From NCBI RefSeq assembly GCF_044704955.1, contig NC_091980.1:130138001-130202000 (forward strand): a DNA stretch of 64,000 bases, given 5' to 3'. This document shows, piece by piece, positions 1 through 17,036 of this stretch. Position 1 is the stretch's first letter. Each line of letters begins with the position of its first letter. Position numbers and translations under genes: made by a program. Under the pieces are notes generated by a model. It searched no databases and was not told the origin of the DNA. It saw only the letters and a program-made list of their open reading frames with translations. Source of the DNA: Pristiophorus japonicus. Taxonomy: Eukaryota.

Positions 1-3000
1 GCCTGGGCTGTCTGTTTCAAATGGTGTGATTGTCCTTTCCTCAGGTTGTTCTGTCCATCAGGTGTGATGCGAGTTCCACATTGTCGTCTGACCCTCTGGT
101 TCCACAGTGTTGTTGGTAAATCTGATTTTGACTTGGTCTACATGCCTCTGGCAGGTTTTGCCATTGTCCATTTGCACTACCAGTAGATGTTTCCTTCCTT
201 GCCTGTTGCTGACCCTGCAAGCCATTTGGGACCCCTGCCAGAGTTTAGTACAAACACTTTGTTCCCTATCTCATTCCATCTCCCCTATCTCATTCCATCT
301 CCCCCCTCGAATTTCTGTCATGGTACTCAGTCAGCTTAGAGCGCTTTGCCTCAACGATTTCATGCATGTCTGGGAGGATTAATGAGAGCCTTGTTTTTAA
401 AGTCTCTTTGATCAACAGTTGCACGGGGGGGATCCCAGTCAATGAGTGCAGACGAGATCTGTATGCCAGCAGCAGTTGCGACAGGTGACCCTGCAGCGTG
501 CGACTTTGTATTTTAAGCATGCCTTGTTTAATGATTTGCACTGCTCTCTCTGCCTGGCTGTTGGAGGCCGGCTTGATGTGATTTATGCCGTGGTCAATTA
601 TAAAATCTTGGAATTCTGCGCTGGTGAAGCACGGACCATTGTCACTGACCAATATGTCAGGGATTCCGTGCATTGCAAACGTGGTTGAAAGGTTCTCCAG
701 TGGTGGAGGTTGTGCTCGTGTTTAAAATGGTGCATTCGATCCACTTTGAAAATGCATCTACAACTGCGAGGAACATTTTGGCCATTAATAGTCTACGTGC
801 ACCCGCGACCACAGTTTGGTAGGCCAGGGACTCAGGAGACCCTCCCTGGGGGCATTGCTGAGCTGGGCACAAATGGTGCACCTTCGTACGCAGAGCTCCA
901 AGTCGCGTCAACACCAGGCCACCAGATGTGGGATCTGGCTATGGCCTTCATGAGAATGATCCCCAGGTGCTCGCAGTGGAGCTCCCGGACAAATGCCTCT
1001 CCGCCTCACAGAGGCATGTCTACTCGGCTGCACCACATCAGGCAGTCTGCTTGTAGTGATAGCTCATGCATGCACCTGTGAAAGGGTTTTAATTCCTCGG
1101 GGCAGTCATCGCGAGCCAGTCAGCGGTTAGGACACATCTTTTTACGAAGGATAACGTGGGGTCGCTGGCCATCCAGGCTCTGATTTGGCGAACCTGTGGA
1201 CTCAAAGACATTGATTGCCATGACTATCTCTTCGTCCTATTCATCAGACCCTTCTGTGGTCGCCAGGGGTAGCCTGCTGAGCGCGTCGGCACAGTTGTCT
1301 GTGCCTTTATGGTAGTCGTAGGACGCCAACATGAGTGACCACTGTTGAATTCGCACTGGGGCGTTAGCGTTTATTGCCTTGCTCTCGGATAGGAGGGACG
1401 TGAGGGGCTTGTGGTCAGTTTCTAACGCGAACTTGGCTCTGAAAAGGTATTGTTGCATCTTTTTGACACCGTACACGCACGCGAGCGCCTCCTTCTCTAC
1501 CATTCTGTACCCGCGCTCTGCCCGCGAAAGTGACCTGGAGGCATAAGCTATGGGCTGTAATTTTCCCGCGCTATTGACATGTTGCAAAATGCACCCGACC
1601 CCATACGCTGACGCATCGCATGTGAGAACTAGCTTTTTAAATGGATCAAAGATTCAAAACACTGTTGGAACACAAGGTTGTGTGCCTTTATTGATGGCAC
1701 GTTCCTGGTCGTCCCCCCAAAACCAATCACACCCCTTCCTGAGTAGCATGTGGAGAGGCTCCAGCAGCATGCTCAAGTTCTGCATAAAGTTCCCAAAATA
1801 ATTGAGTAGCCCAAGAAAGGTGTGCAGTTCTGGGGCCTGGGTGCCAGACGAATTGCTTCTGTTTTGGACTCTGTTGGGCGGATTCCATCAGCGGCAAACC
1901 TTCTGCCCAAAAATTCAACCTCTGGTGTGAGAAACAGGCACTTTGATTTCTTGACTCGAAGGCCGACCTGATCCAACCACTTTCGTACTTCCTCCAAATT
2001 AGAGATGGGAGTCGGTGTCGCTGCCTGTGATAAGTATGTCATTTTGCTATACAACCGCACCCGGGATGAACTTGAGTAGACTCTCCATGTTGCACTGGAA
2101 TATGGCAGCTGCCGACCTGATGCTGAATGGGCGTCGATTGTACATGAAAAGGCCTCTGTTAGTTGATGGTGAGTAGCTTGGATTCTTTGGTCAATTCTTG
2201 CGTCATATACACAGATGTGAGGTCTAGTTTTGAGAAGTTTACCTGCAGCCAAAGTGGCAAATAAGTCCTCCACGCTGGGCAGCGGGTACTGGTCCTGTAG
2301 GGAGACTCTGTTTATGATAGATTTGTAGTCCCCACAGATTCGTACGGATCCATCAGGCTTCATGACTGGGACGATGGGACTTGCCCAGACGCTAAATTCC
2401 ACAGATGATATAATTCCTTCCTGCAGAAGCCTGCCTAGTTCGTGTTCAATCTTTTCCCTCATCACACAGGGTACAGCTCTGGCCTTGTGATGGACTGGTC
2501 GAGCATCCTGTGATGTAGATTTTGACTTTGGCCCCTTTGAAAGTGCTCACACCTGGCTGAAAGATGTTCAAATCGTTTTATAACTGTTGAGCAGGAGGTC
2601 CGTCCCTCTAATGACATGGCATGGACATCATCCCATTTCCAGCTTAGTTTTGCCAGCCAGCTTCTCCCCAGCAGTGCTGGGGGGTCTCCGGGGACAATCC
2701 ACAGGGGAAGTCTGTTCACTGTCCCTTTGTGTGTGACAGAGCATGGCGCTGCCGAGGACTGGTACGATTTCTTTGGTATAGGTCTTTAGTTTGGTGTCGA
2801 CCCTTGAGTTTTGGTCTGTCTCTTTTATGTGGCCACAGTTGTTGAAATTGTTGAGGGCCCATGAGAGAGTGACTCGCTCCTGTATCCAGCTCCATGTTGA
2901 CGGGTATCCCATTGAGTTGGACCCTCATCATTATAGGAGGCATCCTGTTGTAGGAGCAGCGGCCATTGATCGTGTTGACCCGCTGTACATCGGTGCCCCG

Positions 3001-4202
3001 GGTACTGTCCCCACCGTCTTCTGGTCCGCTTTCTGACCCATCCGATTCATGTACCAGCCGAGCTGTTTTTTTGCACATGTGGGCCAAATGCCCTGTATAT
3101 TCACAGTTCCTGCAAACAGCCTGCTGAAATCGACTCCCCCTTGAGTGCCCACCCCCACACCTCCAGCACAGACTGCTTCCATTGTTCCCAAAGAATGAGC
3201 TGTGTCTGGCTGATCTCTCGAGCTTCTCTCAGTTGGTAGTTAATGCACACATCAACCCACAATGCAAGCAATGACCTTTTCTGTGGCCCTTGATGGCTTC
3301 TGGCACCACTGCCTGCTGTCGAGAGCCTGTTCTCACAGTTTGGTCTGTGGGGTAGCAGCTTGTTTAATGCTGTGAACTTCTTCTTCTGATATTTTGTGAG
3401 TTGTCGTACCTGCATTGTAAATCAACCTTGTTTCTTCTCCCACCAAGAATGTCTGCAACCAGTGCTGCTGCCTCGAAGGTCAAGTTCTTGGTCTCAGAGC
3501 TTTCGGAATATGCCTGCTTGGCCTATTCCTTAATGAGAAAGTCTCAGCATTTCTCTCCTCAGTTCATCGGAGAACTCCCAGACTAGCCAACCTCAAGTTC
3601 TGCCACAAAGTTGGGTATGCTCTGGCCCACAGCGTCTGTAGTTGTAGAACCTGTGTCTGGCCATGTGTAGGCTGCTCACTAACTTCAGGTGGTCTCTTAC
3701 CAGTGTGCTCAATTCTTCAAATGACTTGCTTGCTGGTTTCTCGGGTGCCAGCAGATCCTTCATTAAAGCGTATGTTTTCGAGCCACAGCTGGTTAAGAGA
3801 TGAGCTCTTCTCTTGTCTGCTTTGTCATCTCCCAACCAGTCTTTGGTTACAAAGCATTGCTGGAGCCTTTCTGTAAATTCCTCCCAATTGTCTCCAGCAT
3901 TGTACTTTTCATCTGATCTGTTGTTCGCCATTCTGTAATCCTGTAACTTGTCACCACTGTAAAGTCCTGTCCCCTCAGTACAGACTCTCTCGAGGCATGT
4001 CATGAAGTCCAGGTCACTCTGGACCTGTACCTTTATTTCACAGCTCTAGAATGCTGCACTTGCCTGAGACCTGTTCTAGTATACCTGTCTCTTGCAAGTG
4101 CACCCCTGGTGGTAAGGTATGCTGGTGGTTACAGGTCATATCTTATTATTCATGTATAGCATGTTAGGATACAGTTTTATATATAATGTAAGATACATGA
4201 CA
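1..4202 (-). mobile_element. Degenerate Ty3/Gypsy LTR retrotransposon (5' LTR 3958-4202, PBS-like TGG at 3954-3956, gag from ATG 3931, protease, RT, RNase H, integrase), inside intron 2 of ferritin A1; 3' end lies before the window
   Basis: Minus-strand ORF fragments in Gypsy order: gag (MANNRSDEK...WEEFTERL), protease ELDTGA (2716-3087), RT WASPIVPVMKPDGSVRICGDYK (1773-2465), RNase H EKEALA/ETDHKPL (1237-1587), integrase VSDNGPCF/QAERAV (290-673). LTR has TG...CA ends. Many frameshifts. Confidence 0.93.
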
Positions 4203-4318
4203 CATAAAATGGACGAGGGTCACTACAGTTAAAGTATAATACATTGCCACGTGGAGTCATTATCAGAGCATCTAAAGACAAAAAATACTTGTTTGTTTAA
4301 TCTGACTTTCCTCTTCAG

Positions 4319-4914
<596 letters not shown>

Positions 4915-5179
4915 AGCTTCTGATCAGTACTTGTGTTTATACAAGGTGTGTGAGACTCTGTCCTACATAGAATGGTGGCTTTGTACAGGCTGAGACCTGG
5001 GCTCTTGATGTGAAATGTAATCAACTGTAAATAAACTGTTCAATATTGAGCTGGGTTTTATCTCCTTGCAAGTTAGTGGTTGCTTATTTTCCATTTACCA
5101 TAACTTGTTTGCAGCACAAGTATTGCACTCGGTTATGCAACAATCATACATTGGCCTCCTGTGCTGTAACCACTCAGCC

Positions 5180-7450
5180 TGTTGAGCCTCTGCTGGCTCT
5201 CCAAGAGCACTTCAGCTCATCCTACTCCCTTGCATTTTCCCTGTAGTCCTGTAATGTTTTTCCTTCATGTACTTGTTCAATCCTATGATTGAAACTGGCT
5301 TCACCACCCCCTCGGGCAGTGCAATCCAGATATTATCCACTCACTGCATAAAAGTTTATCCTCCATGTCAGCTGTAGTTCTTCTGCCAATTGTCTTAAAT
5401 TTGTGTCTGCTGGTTCTCATCCCTGCTGTCAGTGCAAACAGTCCTATAATTTTTCAATTTGCTGGAATAATTTCAATATATTGACATTCCTATTCACAAA
5501 CATAAATCGGAGCAGTAGTAACCCATTTGGTCATGTGAAGCCTGCACCACCATTCAATATGATCATTACTGATCCTTTACCACCACCATGTTCATGCTTT
5601 TACCCCATAGCCCTTGATGCCTTCTGTATCAAGATATATCTCATCGTTCTTAAATATATTCAGCAATTGGGCTCCACTGCCTTCTGTAGTCAACAGTTCC
5701 CCCAGCTTCCCCATCCTGAGTGAAAACATTTCTCATCTCATTGCTAAATTTCCTACCTTGTATCCTGAGCCTGTGACCTTTTGTTCTCAACTTCCCAGCC
5801 AGGGAGTACTTCCTCCCCACATCCAGTCTCCAAACCAGTCCAAATTTTATGATTCATTAAGATCCCCTTTCACTCTTCTGGTGAATACAGGCCTGGTCAA
5901 ACCATTCTCTCTTCACTTGACAATCTTTCCATCCAAGGAACTAGTCTGCTGGAACTGCGCTGTGCTCTTTCTTGGTTAGAGACTTAAAACTGTGCACACT
6001 ACACCAGGTGTCATTTCACCAAGGCCATGTATAATTGTTGTAAGACATCCTTGCTCCTGTACAGTGGAAAAAAAATTGAAAATATTACATTTGGTTTCCT
6101 CCTCCAAATCTATTTATATATGTGACTAGCTGGGGCCTAAGCATTGATCCCTGTGGTATCCCACTCGTCACTGCCCACCACCCAGGAAAAGACCTGTTTA
6201 TTCTGACTGTTTTCAATCAATTAACCAATTTTCAATCCATGGCAGTATATTGCCCCCAATCTTATGTGCTTTAATTTTGCTCACGAACCTCTCTTGTGGG
6301 ACTTTATCAAAGGCCTTCTGACAATCCAAATACACTAAATCCACTTGTTCTCCCTTATCTAATCTCAGTTACATCCTCAAAAAAAACTCCAGTAGGTTTG
6401 TCAAACACTATTTTTGTTTCAAAAATCCATATTGACTATGTCTAATCGTGTTGATATTTTCTAAGTGTCCCTTTATCACATTCTACTAATGTTTGGCTAA
6501 CCGGGCTGCAGTTACCTGTTTTCTTTCTTCTTCTTTTTTAAAATAGTGGGGTTACATTTGCCACACTCCATTCTGTGGCAACTGTTCCATAATCTGTAGA
6601 AATTTGGAAGATGATAACCAATGCATCCACTATTTCCATGGCTACCACTTTTATTCCTCTGGGATGCAGATTCAGGTCCTGGGGATTGATCAGCTTTCAG
6701 TCCCATTAGTTTTTCCAGCACTATTTTCTTACTAATAATCATTCCCTTTAATTTCTCTTGCTCACTAGACCCTTAGTTCCCTAGCATTTCTGGGATGTTA
6801 TTTGTGTCCTCTTCTGTGAAGACAGAACCAAAGTATTTAATTGTTCTGCCATTTCCTTGTTCCCCATTATAAATTATCCCATTTGTGACTGAAAAGGACC
6901 TACATTTGTGTATCATTTTTTTTTTTACATAATGGGAGAAATGTTTACAGTCGGTTTTTATGATCTTTGCAAGTTTAGTCTCGGACACTATTTTTTTTTT
7001 TTTCCCCTCTTAAACTATCTCTTGGTCCTTTTTTGCTGAATACTAAACTGCTCCCAATCCTCAGGATTGCTACTTGTTCTGGCAACTTAGTATAACTCCT
7101 CTTTGGATCTAATACTATTAATTTCTTGTGTAAATCATGGTTGGGCCACTTTTCCTTTTGTGTTTTTGCAGCAGAAAGGAATGTGTAATTGGACGATTCA
7201 TGCATTCGTTCCTTAAATGTTAGCCATTGACTATCCACCATCATGCCTTTTAATGAATCTTCCCAATCTGTCATAGCCATTCCTCATACCTTTGTCGTTT
7301 CCCTTGTTTGGATTTAGGACCTAGTTTTGGATTGGACAACTTCACTTTCAATCTTCATGAAGAATGCAATCATGTTATGATAATTCTTCCCTAAAGGATC
7401 CCGCACAAAAAGGCTGTTAATTAACCCCTTCTCAATACCCAATCTGCAAT
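5180..7450 (-). mobile_element. Decayed CR1-type LINE fragments
   Basis: Minus-strand peptides KLMGLKADQSPGP, KYFGSVFTEEDTNN and DWEDSLKGMMVDSQWLTFKE resemble the CR1 ORF2 at 51310-52983. Boundaries approximate. Confidence 0.8.
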
Positions 7451-7494
7451 ATCTATTCAGACATGTTGAAGACCTAATTTCAATTGTACGTATA

Positions 7495-7697
7495 TGTAAC
7501 GACTCAAAAATCTGGTTATTGTAAACTCACTCAGGTGCAACATCATCCATCTTTATTCCAGCCCGACTGCCAGTGTGACAAAGACACCCAGCTTATATAC
7601 AGGTGATCAAGCACACATGCCACGTGTATACAGCCCGATGATCTCTGACCGCGGCACCCTCTGGTGTCTTGTGACTCCCAAGCATTAATACATAAGA
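7495..7697 (-). mobile_element. Solo LTR with 5-bp target-site duplication GTATA
   Basis: Begins TGTAAC; GTATA at 7490-7494 and 7698-7702; minus-strand TATATAA and AATAAA; paralogous copy at 26162-26366. Confidence 0.7.
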
Positions 7698-8018
7698 GTA
7701 TATCTTGCAAATTCTATTCATGCATTTCAATCTTGCATTGCAATGCTGTAATACAACAATTGAAAATGTTCATGTTTGTTCAGCCACAGAAGGCAGTGGG
7801 ATCACAAGTACATTTTAGTGTCTTAAAGGAGGCAGAGAGGTTTACATAACATTCGTATGCCATTTGGCACCTCGAGCCTGTTCTGCCATTCAGTAAAATC
7901 ATGACTGGTCTGATCTTGGTCTCAACACTTTCCTGCCTGTTCCCCATAACCCTTGACTCCCCTATTGTTCAAAAATCTATCTCTCTCCACCTTAAATTTA
8001 TTCAATGACCCTTCCTAT

Positions 8019-8200
8019 ACACACACACACACAGTACTGAGGGAGTGCCGCACTGTCAGAGGGGCAGGACAGAGGGAGCGCCGCACTGTCAGAGGGGCAG
8101 GACTGTCAGAGGGACAATACTCACAGGATTCTTCACTGTCGGAGGAGCAGCACTAAGGGATTGCCACACTGTCTGAAGGGCAGTACTGAGGGATTGTTGT
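8019..8200. repeat. (CA)n followed by ~33-bp minisatellite (cagtactgagggagtgccgcactgtcagagggg), about 5 degenerate units
   Basis: Direct reading of tandem units; longer paralogue at 26686-26945. Confidence 0.85.
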
Positions 8201-8419
8201 ACAGACTCATGTTTGATTCAGATGGGTCAACTGTGCTCATTGGTGGCATCTCCCCCGAAAGGGTAGTGCCTGTGGTGTGAGTGGTGACTCCGGATCTGAA
8301 GCACTCTCTGCCCCATCTAAAGCAGAGTTTTAATCCAAGGGAACACCTCTCATCAGCTCATCCAGGACTGAACCACTTCTGCAGTGAAACCAGACGTCAC
8401 GGCTTTGGATCTCCGGGAT

Positions 8420-9255
8420 ACACCAGCATGAAAGGTCAATGACCAGAGGGGAGAGATGAGGACGATTATTTTAACATAGGGAGTTGTTGTGATCCGGAAC
8501 GCACTGCCTGAAAGGGCGGTGGAATCAGATTCAACAGTAACTTTGAAGAGGGAATTGCAGATATACTTGACAAAAGTTGCAGGGCTATGGGGAAGTAGCT
8601 GAGGAGTGGGACGAATTGGATCGCTCTGACAAAGTGCCTGCACAGGCACGATGGGCCGAATGGCCTCTTTCTGTGCTGATAGAATCGATGATGAGCCAGA
8701 CAGTTAGAGCATATCTGAGCCTCATCATTTCAATCAGATTTAAATATTCATCATTTCAATCAGATTTAAATATTCTTTCGCCTCACTGAAAGCCGACTGT
8801 AAAAGGACTCGTCTAACACATCAAATTGAGGGGCAGGAAAAGACCAGCTGGTCCATCAAGCCTGCCCCAAAACACGCCGGAGCAAATCATAGAATCATAG
8901 AATGGTTGCAGCACAGAGGGAGGCCATTCGGCCTGTCAATCCCGTGCCCGCTCTCTGCAAGAGCACTTCAGCTAGTCCCACTCCCCCGCCCTTCCCCCAC
9001 AAACCTGCTATGAATTTTTCCTTCAGGTACTTATCCAATTCCCTTTTGAAAGCCACGATTGAGTCTACCTCCACCACCCTCTCAGGCATTACATTCCAGA
9101 TCCCAACCACTCGCTGCGTAAACATGTCACATTTGGTTCTTTTGCCAGTCACTTTAAATCTGTGTCCTCTGGTTCTTGACCCTTCTGCCAATGGGAACAG
9201 TTCCTGTCGATCGACTCTGTCCAGACACCTCATGATTTTGAATCCCTCTATCAAA
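8420..9255. mobile_element. Two CR1-type 3'-end fragments in opposite orientation (+ ~8420-8690, - ~8885-9255)
   Basis: Minus-strand ORF 8895-9254 (SRTRGHRFKV...FTQRVVGIWN...FKRELDKYL) is the CR1 ORF2 C-terminus. Repeated at ~27180-28000 and ~44090-44860. Confidence 0.75.
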
Positions 9256-9749
9256 TGGAGATGTGGGTGACAATGTGTTCAGTAATGTTCACTCCCTCTC
9301 ATTCTCACTCAATATATTGAATTTTACCAGACATCATTCCATGAGAATAAAAATGACAGATCGTTGATGCCCCCATGTAGCCAATCCTCAGACACATGCC
9401 CATTCTCTATATTCGAACTGGGGGCAGTTCACACCATCCACAGGATGGAATTCCCATTCCACTGGCCAATGGTTGGTTTGTAAATGCACCAAGACGACTT
9501 GATTGCTTTGAATATTGTCTCAGTGCCACAGAAACTTGCAAGTAACAAACTTCACCAGATTATGAAAAACCCCTTTGGCGAAAGTAGAAAATTATCATTT
9601 CATTCAAGTGAGAGCGTTAAACAACGGCACACTTTCAGATTTGAAGACATTCAAGGAACCCAAAGGCAGTGACATCACCAAGACTGATCTCCCCCAGCCC
9701 CCTCCCCCAAATCTCCTCCTTTGTTAATTGGTGCCTCAATTCAGGGAAG

Positions 9750-9902
9750 ATTTCTGATTGGTTCTGAGAGATTGTCAATCATCATTAGTGATGTCATACC
9801 CTGTTTGAATGCAGCTGTTCCAATAGTAGAAATACAGGAGCTTGTGCAAGACAGATTGAGTTTCAGAACTGTGCAGGTGACAGTGAAATATAGACAGTGA
9901 AG
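9750..9902 (+). promoter_or_regulatory. Type-B ferritin proximal promoter/5' UTR: inverted CCAAT, CRE-like TGATGTCA, TATA variant TAGAAA (9827-9832)
   Basis: Motifs read directly; the paralogous position in B4 is a perfect TATAAA (28585-28590). Confidence 0.6.
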
Positions 9903-12490
<2,588 letters not shown>

Positions 12491-14225
12491 ACTGACTGGG
12501 ATCAAGCTTATTGTGTTTAGTACTTGCATTTATATAATCAGGCCCCTATCCTGTAGGGAATGAAGGCTTGTGACTTTGTACAAAAATTGAAACCCATAAC
12601 AGTAAATAAACTGTTTAACATTGGGCTGTGTTTTGTTGCCTTGTAAGTTTGAGTGGTTATTTATTTTTCATTTAACAGAACTTGGTTTCCATCAAACAAG
12701 AATTACACTGAGCTGTGTAACATTTATATGGGATTCAGTCCTATGAAATGTGTTTTCCCCTTGTGTAATGTCTATGTATTGACTGGGCCATTCAGGCACC
12801 TGTTATAAGATCTAAAATGTTCAATGGTGTGTTTGGACAACTGACAGCCCCATGGGATGTTGGCCCAGTGACCAAAAGTCTGGTCAGAGGTATGTATTGA
12901 GGAGGTAGAGATGTTTAGGAAGGCATCTTGAGAGCTTGGGTACTGATAAGCTGTATACAATTACCTGTTCCAACAATCTGTCTTTGTACAAATGACAATT
13001 CAATCCAACAAGATGTAACATCTGCTAAACTCAGGGCCAATTTGCCAGTAATTCATTGTTACACCATTTCAGTCCAATGAAGAAAAAGTCCTGGATTATC
13101 TTCCTAGTTAGTCTATCTGCCTTGTGAACGAACAGCAGTTTGTATTCAATTGCTACATCAGATCCTTTTCAGTTATCCAGGTAGTTCAGTAATCGGACTC
13201 GCCACTGCTGCCATAGGCTTGCTGTTAAGCTTTGTAGGCAGAAAAGTAATATCTCAGCACACTGAACTCTGGGCACTACAATGGGGTGAGGAGGGCAAGC
13301 AACTACTGTCATCAGCTTGCTATCAAAGCTTCACTGCTTAGTGTGGATACCTGAGTGGTTCTGGGACAGCTTCTCTTCTGTCTGCTACCCTAATGGTTGA
13401 ATAACTTGTCAACATAAACTGCATTCACATGAATAAGGTATTGCAAGACTAACGATACTCCAACAACATTTAAGGAGCAAATGTATTTAATTCCACAAAG
13501 CAAAAGGCACAAGATGTTAAGCACATTGCTGGCCATAACTTACAAAAAAAAATATATATGTTTATAAGTGCCATTGTGAATTTCATTGCTGTCAGCGTGG
13601 ATTACATGTCCATTTATCTCTTTCGTGGCGATGAATAGATCCAAATGGTATTGCTGCAGCTCCAATAATCCAGTGTTAAGTTATTTTTAGGAATTTAGCT
13701 GAGAAATGTGTTGAGTGCAATTAAATTGCCAAGTACAGACATTCCACGTTAATGTCTTAGCAACACTCAAGCGCCTTTCGGATATCGATGTTACAAAATT
13801 TCATATATTGATGAGCCACAGTTCCACGAGTCGGCCTGGGTTTGCGTGTTGATGGGTTCATGTAATAACAACTCTCCAGCTCACTCGATGTGAAACTTTA
13901 CAGGTGCTCGTGTTTTAAGAATTACTTACAATTTACAGCACAGGAAAAAGACCATTTGGGCCAACTGGCCCATGCTGTGGTTTATGCTCCATGTGAAACT
14001 TGTCCCACCCCACTTCAAGACCTATTAGCATATCCTTCTATTCCTTTCGCCCTTGTGTTTATCGAGCTTTCCCTTAAATGCATCGATGCGCTTTGCATTC
14101 AGAGTTATTACTGCGGGTAGCTCAGTAAACGCACCGCTGCTGCTGTAGATTTTCTGTTAAGCTGTGTGGGTAAAGAAGTGAATAACAGCTATAGAGACAC
14201 GCAATGTTTGAGCTCAAGGACAGCA

Positions 14226-16740
14226 TTTATTGTCTGTCACTAATTGCCTTTGAGAAGGTGCTGGTCAGCCATCTTCTTGAACCGCTGCAGTGTTGTGGAG
14301 AAGGTACTCCAACAGTGCTTTTCGGGAGGGAGTTCCTGGATTTTGCTGCAGTGACGAAAAAGGAATGGTGATATATTTCCAAGTCAGGTTGGTGTGTAAC
14401 GTGGAGGTGAACTTGCAGGCGATAGTATTCCCAAACTTCTGTTGCCCTTGTCCTTCTAATTGCTGGAGCTCGTGGGATGGCTTGTGCTGCTGAAAAAGCC
14501 TTGGCGAGTTGCTGCAGTGCATCTTGTCGATGGTACACACTGCAGCCATGGTGCACCGGTGGTGGAAGCAGTGAATGTGGAAGGTGGTGGATGGGGTGCC
14601 AATCAAGCGGCCTGCTTTGTCCTGGATGGTGTCGAGCTTCTTGATGATTGCTGAAGCTGCACTCAGCCAGTCAAGTGGAGAGTATTCCACCACACTCCTG
14701 ACCTGTGCCTTGTCGATGCTGGAAAGACTTTAGGTGTCAGGAGGTGAGACATTCACCGCAAAATACCCTGCCTCTGGCCTGCTCTTATTACCAGAGTATT
14801 TATGCGGCTGGGCGAGTTCAGTTCCTGATCAGCGATGACCCCCAGGGGTTAATGCTGGGGAATTCAGTGACAGTGAATGTTAAGGGCAGGTGGTTAGACT
14901 CTTGGTTTTTGCAGATAGTCATTGCCTGGCACTTGTGTGGTGCCATTTTTACTTGCCCATTATCAGCCCCACACTGAATGTCATCCAGGTCTTGCTGCAT
15001 GTGGGCATGGACTGCTTCATTTTCTGATGTGTTGCAAATGGAACAGAACACTGTGTAATCATCAGCAAACATTCCCACTTCTGGCCTTTATGAAGGAGGA
15101 AAGTTCATTGATGAAGCAGCTTAAGATAGTTGGGCCAAGGACACTGCCCTGAGGTATTCCTGCAAGATATCGTGGGGCTGAGATGATTGACCTCCAACAA
15201 CCACTTCCTTTGTGCTAGATATGAGTCCAGCTCATCGAGAGTTTTCGATATTCGCATTGACTTCACTTTTACAAGGTATACTTAATGCCGCACTCCATCA
15301 GATGCTGCCTTGCTGTGAAAGGCAGTCACTCTCACCTCACCTGGAATTCAGCTCCTTTGTACATGTTTGGACCAAGGCTGCAATGAGATCAAGAGCCGTG
15401 TGGTCCTGGCACAACCCAAACTGGGCATCGGTGAGCAGATTGTTGGCGACAAAATCTTCCCTCACTTTGCTGATGATTGAGTGTAGACTGATGGGGCGGA
15501 AATTGGCCTGAATGGATTTGTCATGCTTTTTCTGGACAGGACGTACCAGGGCAATTTTTCACATTGTCGGGTAGATGCCAGTGTCACTGTACTGGAACAG
15601 CTTGGCAAGAGGTGTGGCCATGAATTTACAGATTGTGGTGCAATACAATTCTGCAGTTGCTGATGACCCACAGTGCCTCATGGATGACCAGTTTTGAGCT
15701 GCTAGATCTGTTTTGAATCTATTCCATTCAACACTGTGGTCAAGCCACTCACCACGAAGGAGGGTGTCCTCAGTGTGAAGACAAGACTTTGTCTCCACAA
15801 GGACTGTGTGGTGATCACTGCTACCAATACTGTCATGGACAGATAAATCTGTGACAGGTAGATTGCTGAGGACAAGATCAGTAGGTTTTTCCCTTGTGTT
15901 GATTCTCTCACCATCTGTCGGAAGCCCAATCTGGATGCTATGTCCTTCAGGACTCAGCCCGCTTGCTCAGTGATTCCGAGCCCCTCTTGCTGATGGACAT
16001 TGAAGCCTATTGCTAATATCAGTGCTTCTTCCAAGTGGCCTTCAACATGGAGGAGTATTAATTCATCAGCTGAGGGAGGGCGGTAGGTGGTAATCAGCAG
16101 GAGGTTTCCATGCCCAAGCTTGACCTGAACCCATGAGACTTGATAAGGTCCAGAGTAAATGTTCAGGACTCCTACCGCTACTCCCTCCCGACTATATACC
16201 ACTGAGCCGCCACTTCTGGTGTGTCTGCCCTTCTGGTGGGACAGGACATACGCAGGGATGGTGAAGGAGGAATCTGGGACATTGGCTGAAAGGTATGATT
16301 CTGTGCTGATGACTATGTCGGGCTGTTGCTTGACTAACCTGTGGGACAGCTCTCCCCATTTAGGCACAAGATACCAGATATTAGTGAGGAGGACTTTGCA
16401 GGGTCGACTGGGCTGGGTGTACCATTGTCGTGTCAGAAGCCGGTGCCGAGGTCAATGCCGGGTTGTCCATCCTGTTTTATTCTAATTATTGTTTCTCGTA
16501 GCGGTTTGTTATAACTGATTGGCTTGCTAGGCCATTTCAGAGGGCAGTTAAGACTCAACCACATTGCTTTGGGTTCGGAGTCATATTGGCCAGATTTCCT
16601 TCCCGAAGGACATTAGTGAAGCAGATGGGTTTTTACAACAATCTGATAGCTCCATGGCAACATTACTGATACTAGCTTTTTATTCCAGATTTTAATTTAA
16701 TTAACTGAATTTCAGTTACCCAGCTGCCGTGGTGGGACTT
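14226..16740 (-). mobile_element. Internally deleted non-LTR retrotransposon (APE endonuclease + RT; CR1/L2 superclade-like)
   Basis: Endonuclease QQPDIVISTESYL...GGSVVY...TTYRPPS (15954-16367); RT GMFADD (14818-15078); C-terminal VEYSPLDW...KKLDTIQDKA. Confidence 0.85.
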
Positions 16741-16758
16741 TGGATCATTAGTCCAGGC

Positions 16759-17036
16759 TGGACACCGGAGGGACTGGAGTGCATCATCACGCCCGGCAAC
16801 CAAATTTTAATTTGATTTTACGTTTTAAAGTTTAATTTGTTTTAATTACCGGTGCTTTTAGTGTCCCCCTCCCCTTTTATAGGGGGCACTGAAAAAAATT
16901 TGATTTTAGCGCCCCAAAAAAAAAACCAAAAAAAAAAGGAAAAATAAAAAGGGGCCTTGAAAATGTCTGCTGTGTCACCCAGGCGGGTGGCACGGTTTAA
17001 TGTTTATGGTTATTTTCAGGTAAACTCAAAAGAGTT
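16759..17036 (+). mobile_element. 278-bp 5'-truncated Tx1/L1-like 3' end with 14-bp TSD tcattagtccaggc
   Basis: TSD at 16745-16758 and 17037-17050; empty sites at ~35524 and ~54154. Family assignment is from similarity to 37033-37348 and from recollection. Confidence 0.75.

Noticed and set aside
9875-9902. Two CAGTGA hexamers in the B2 5' UTR as a functional IRE loop
   Set aside because: The flanks (ggtga/aatat and ataga/agatg) cannot form the 5-bp upper stem or the C bulge. B4 has TAGTGA at both positions and B6 keeps only one.
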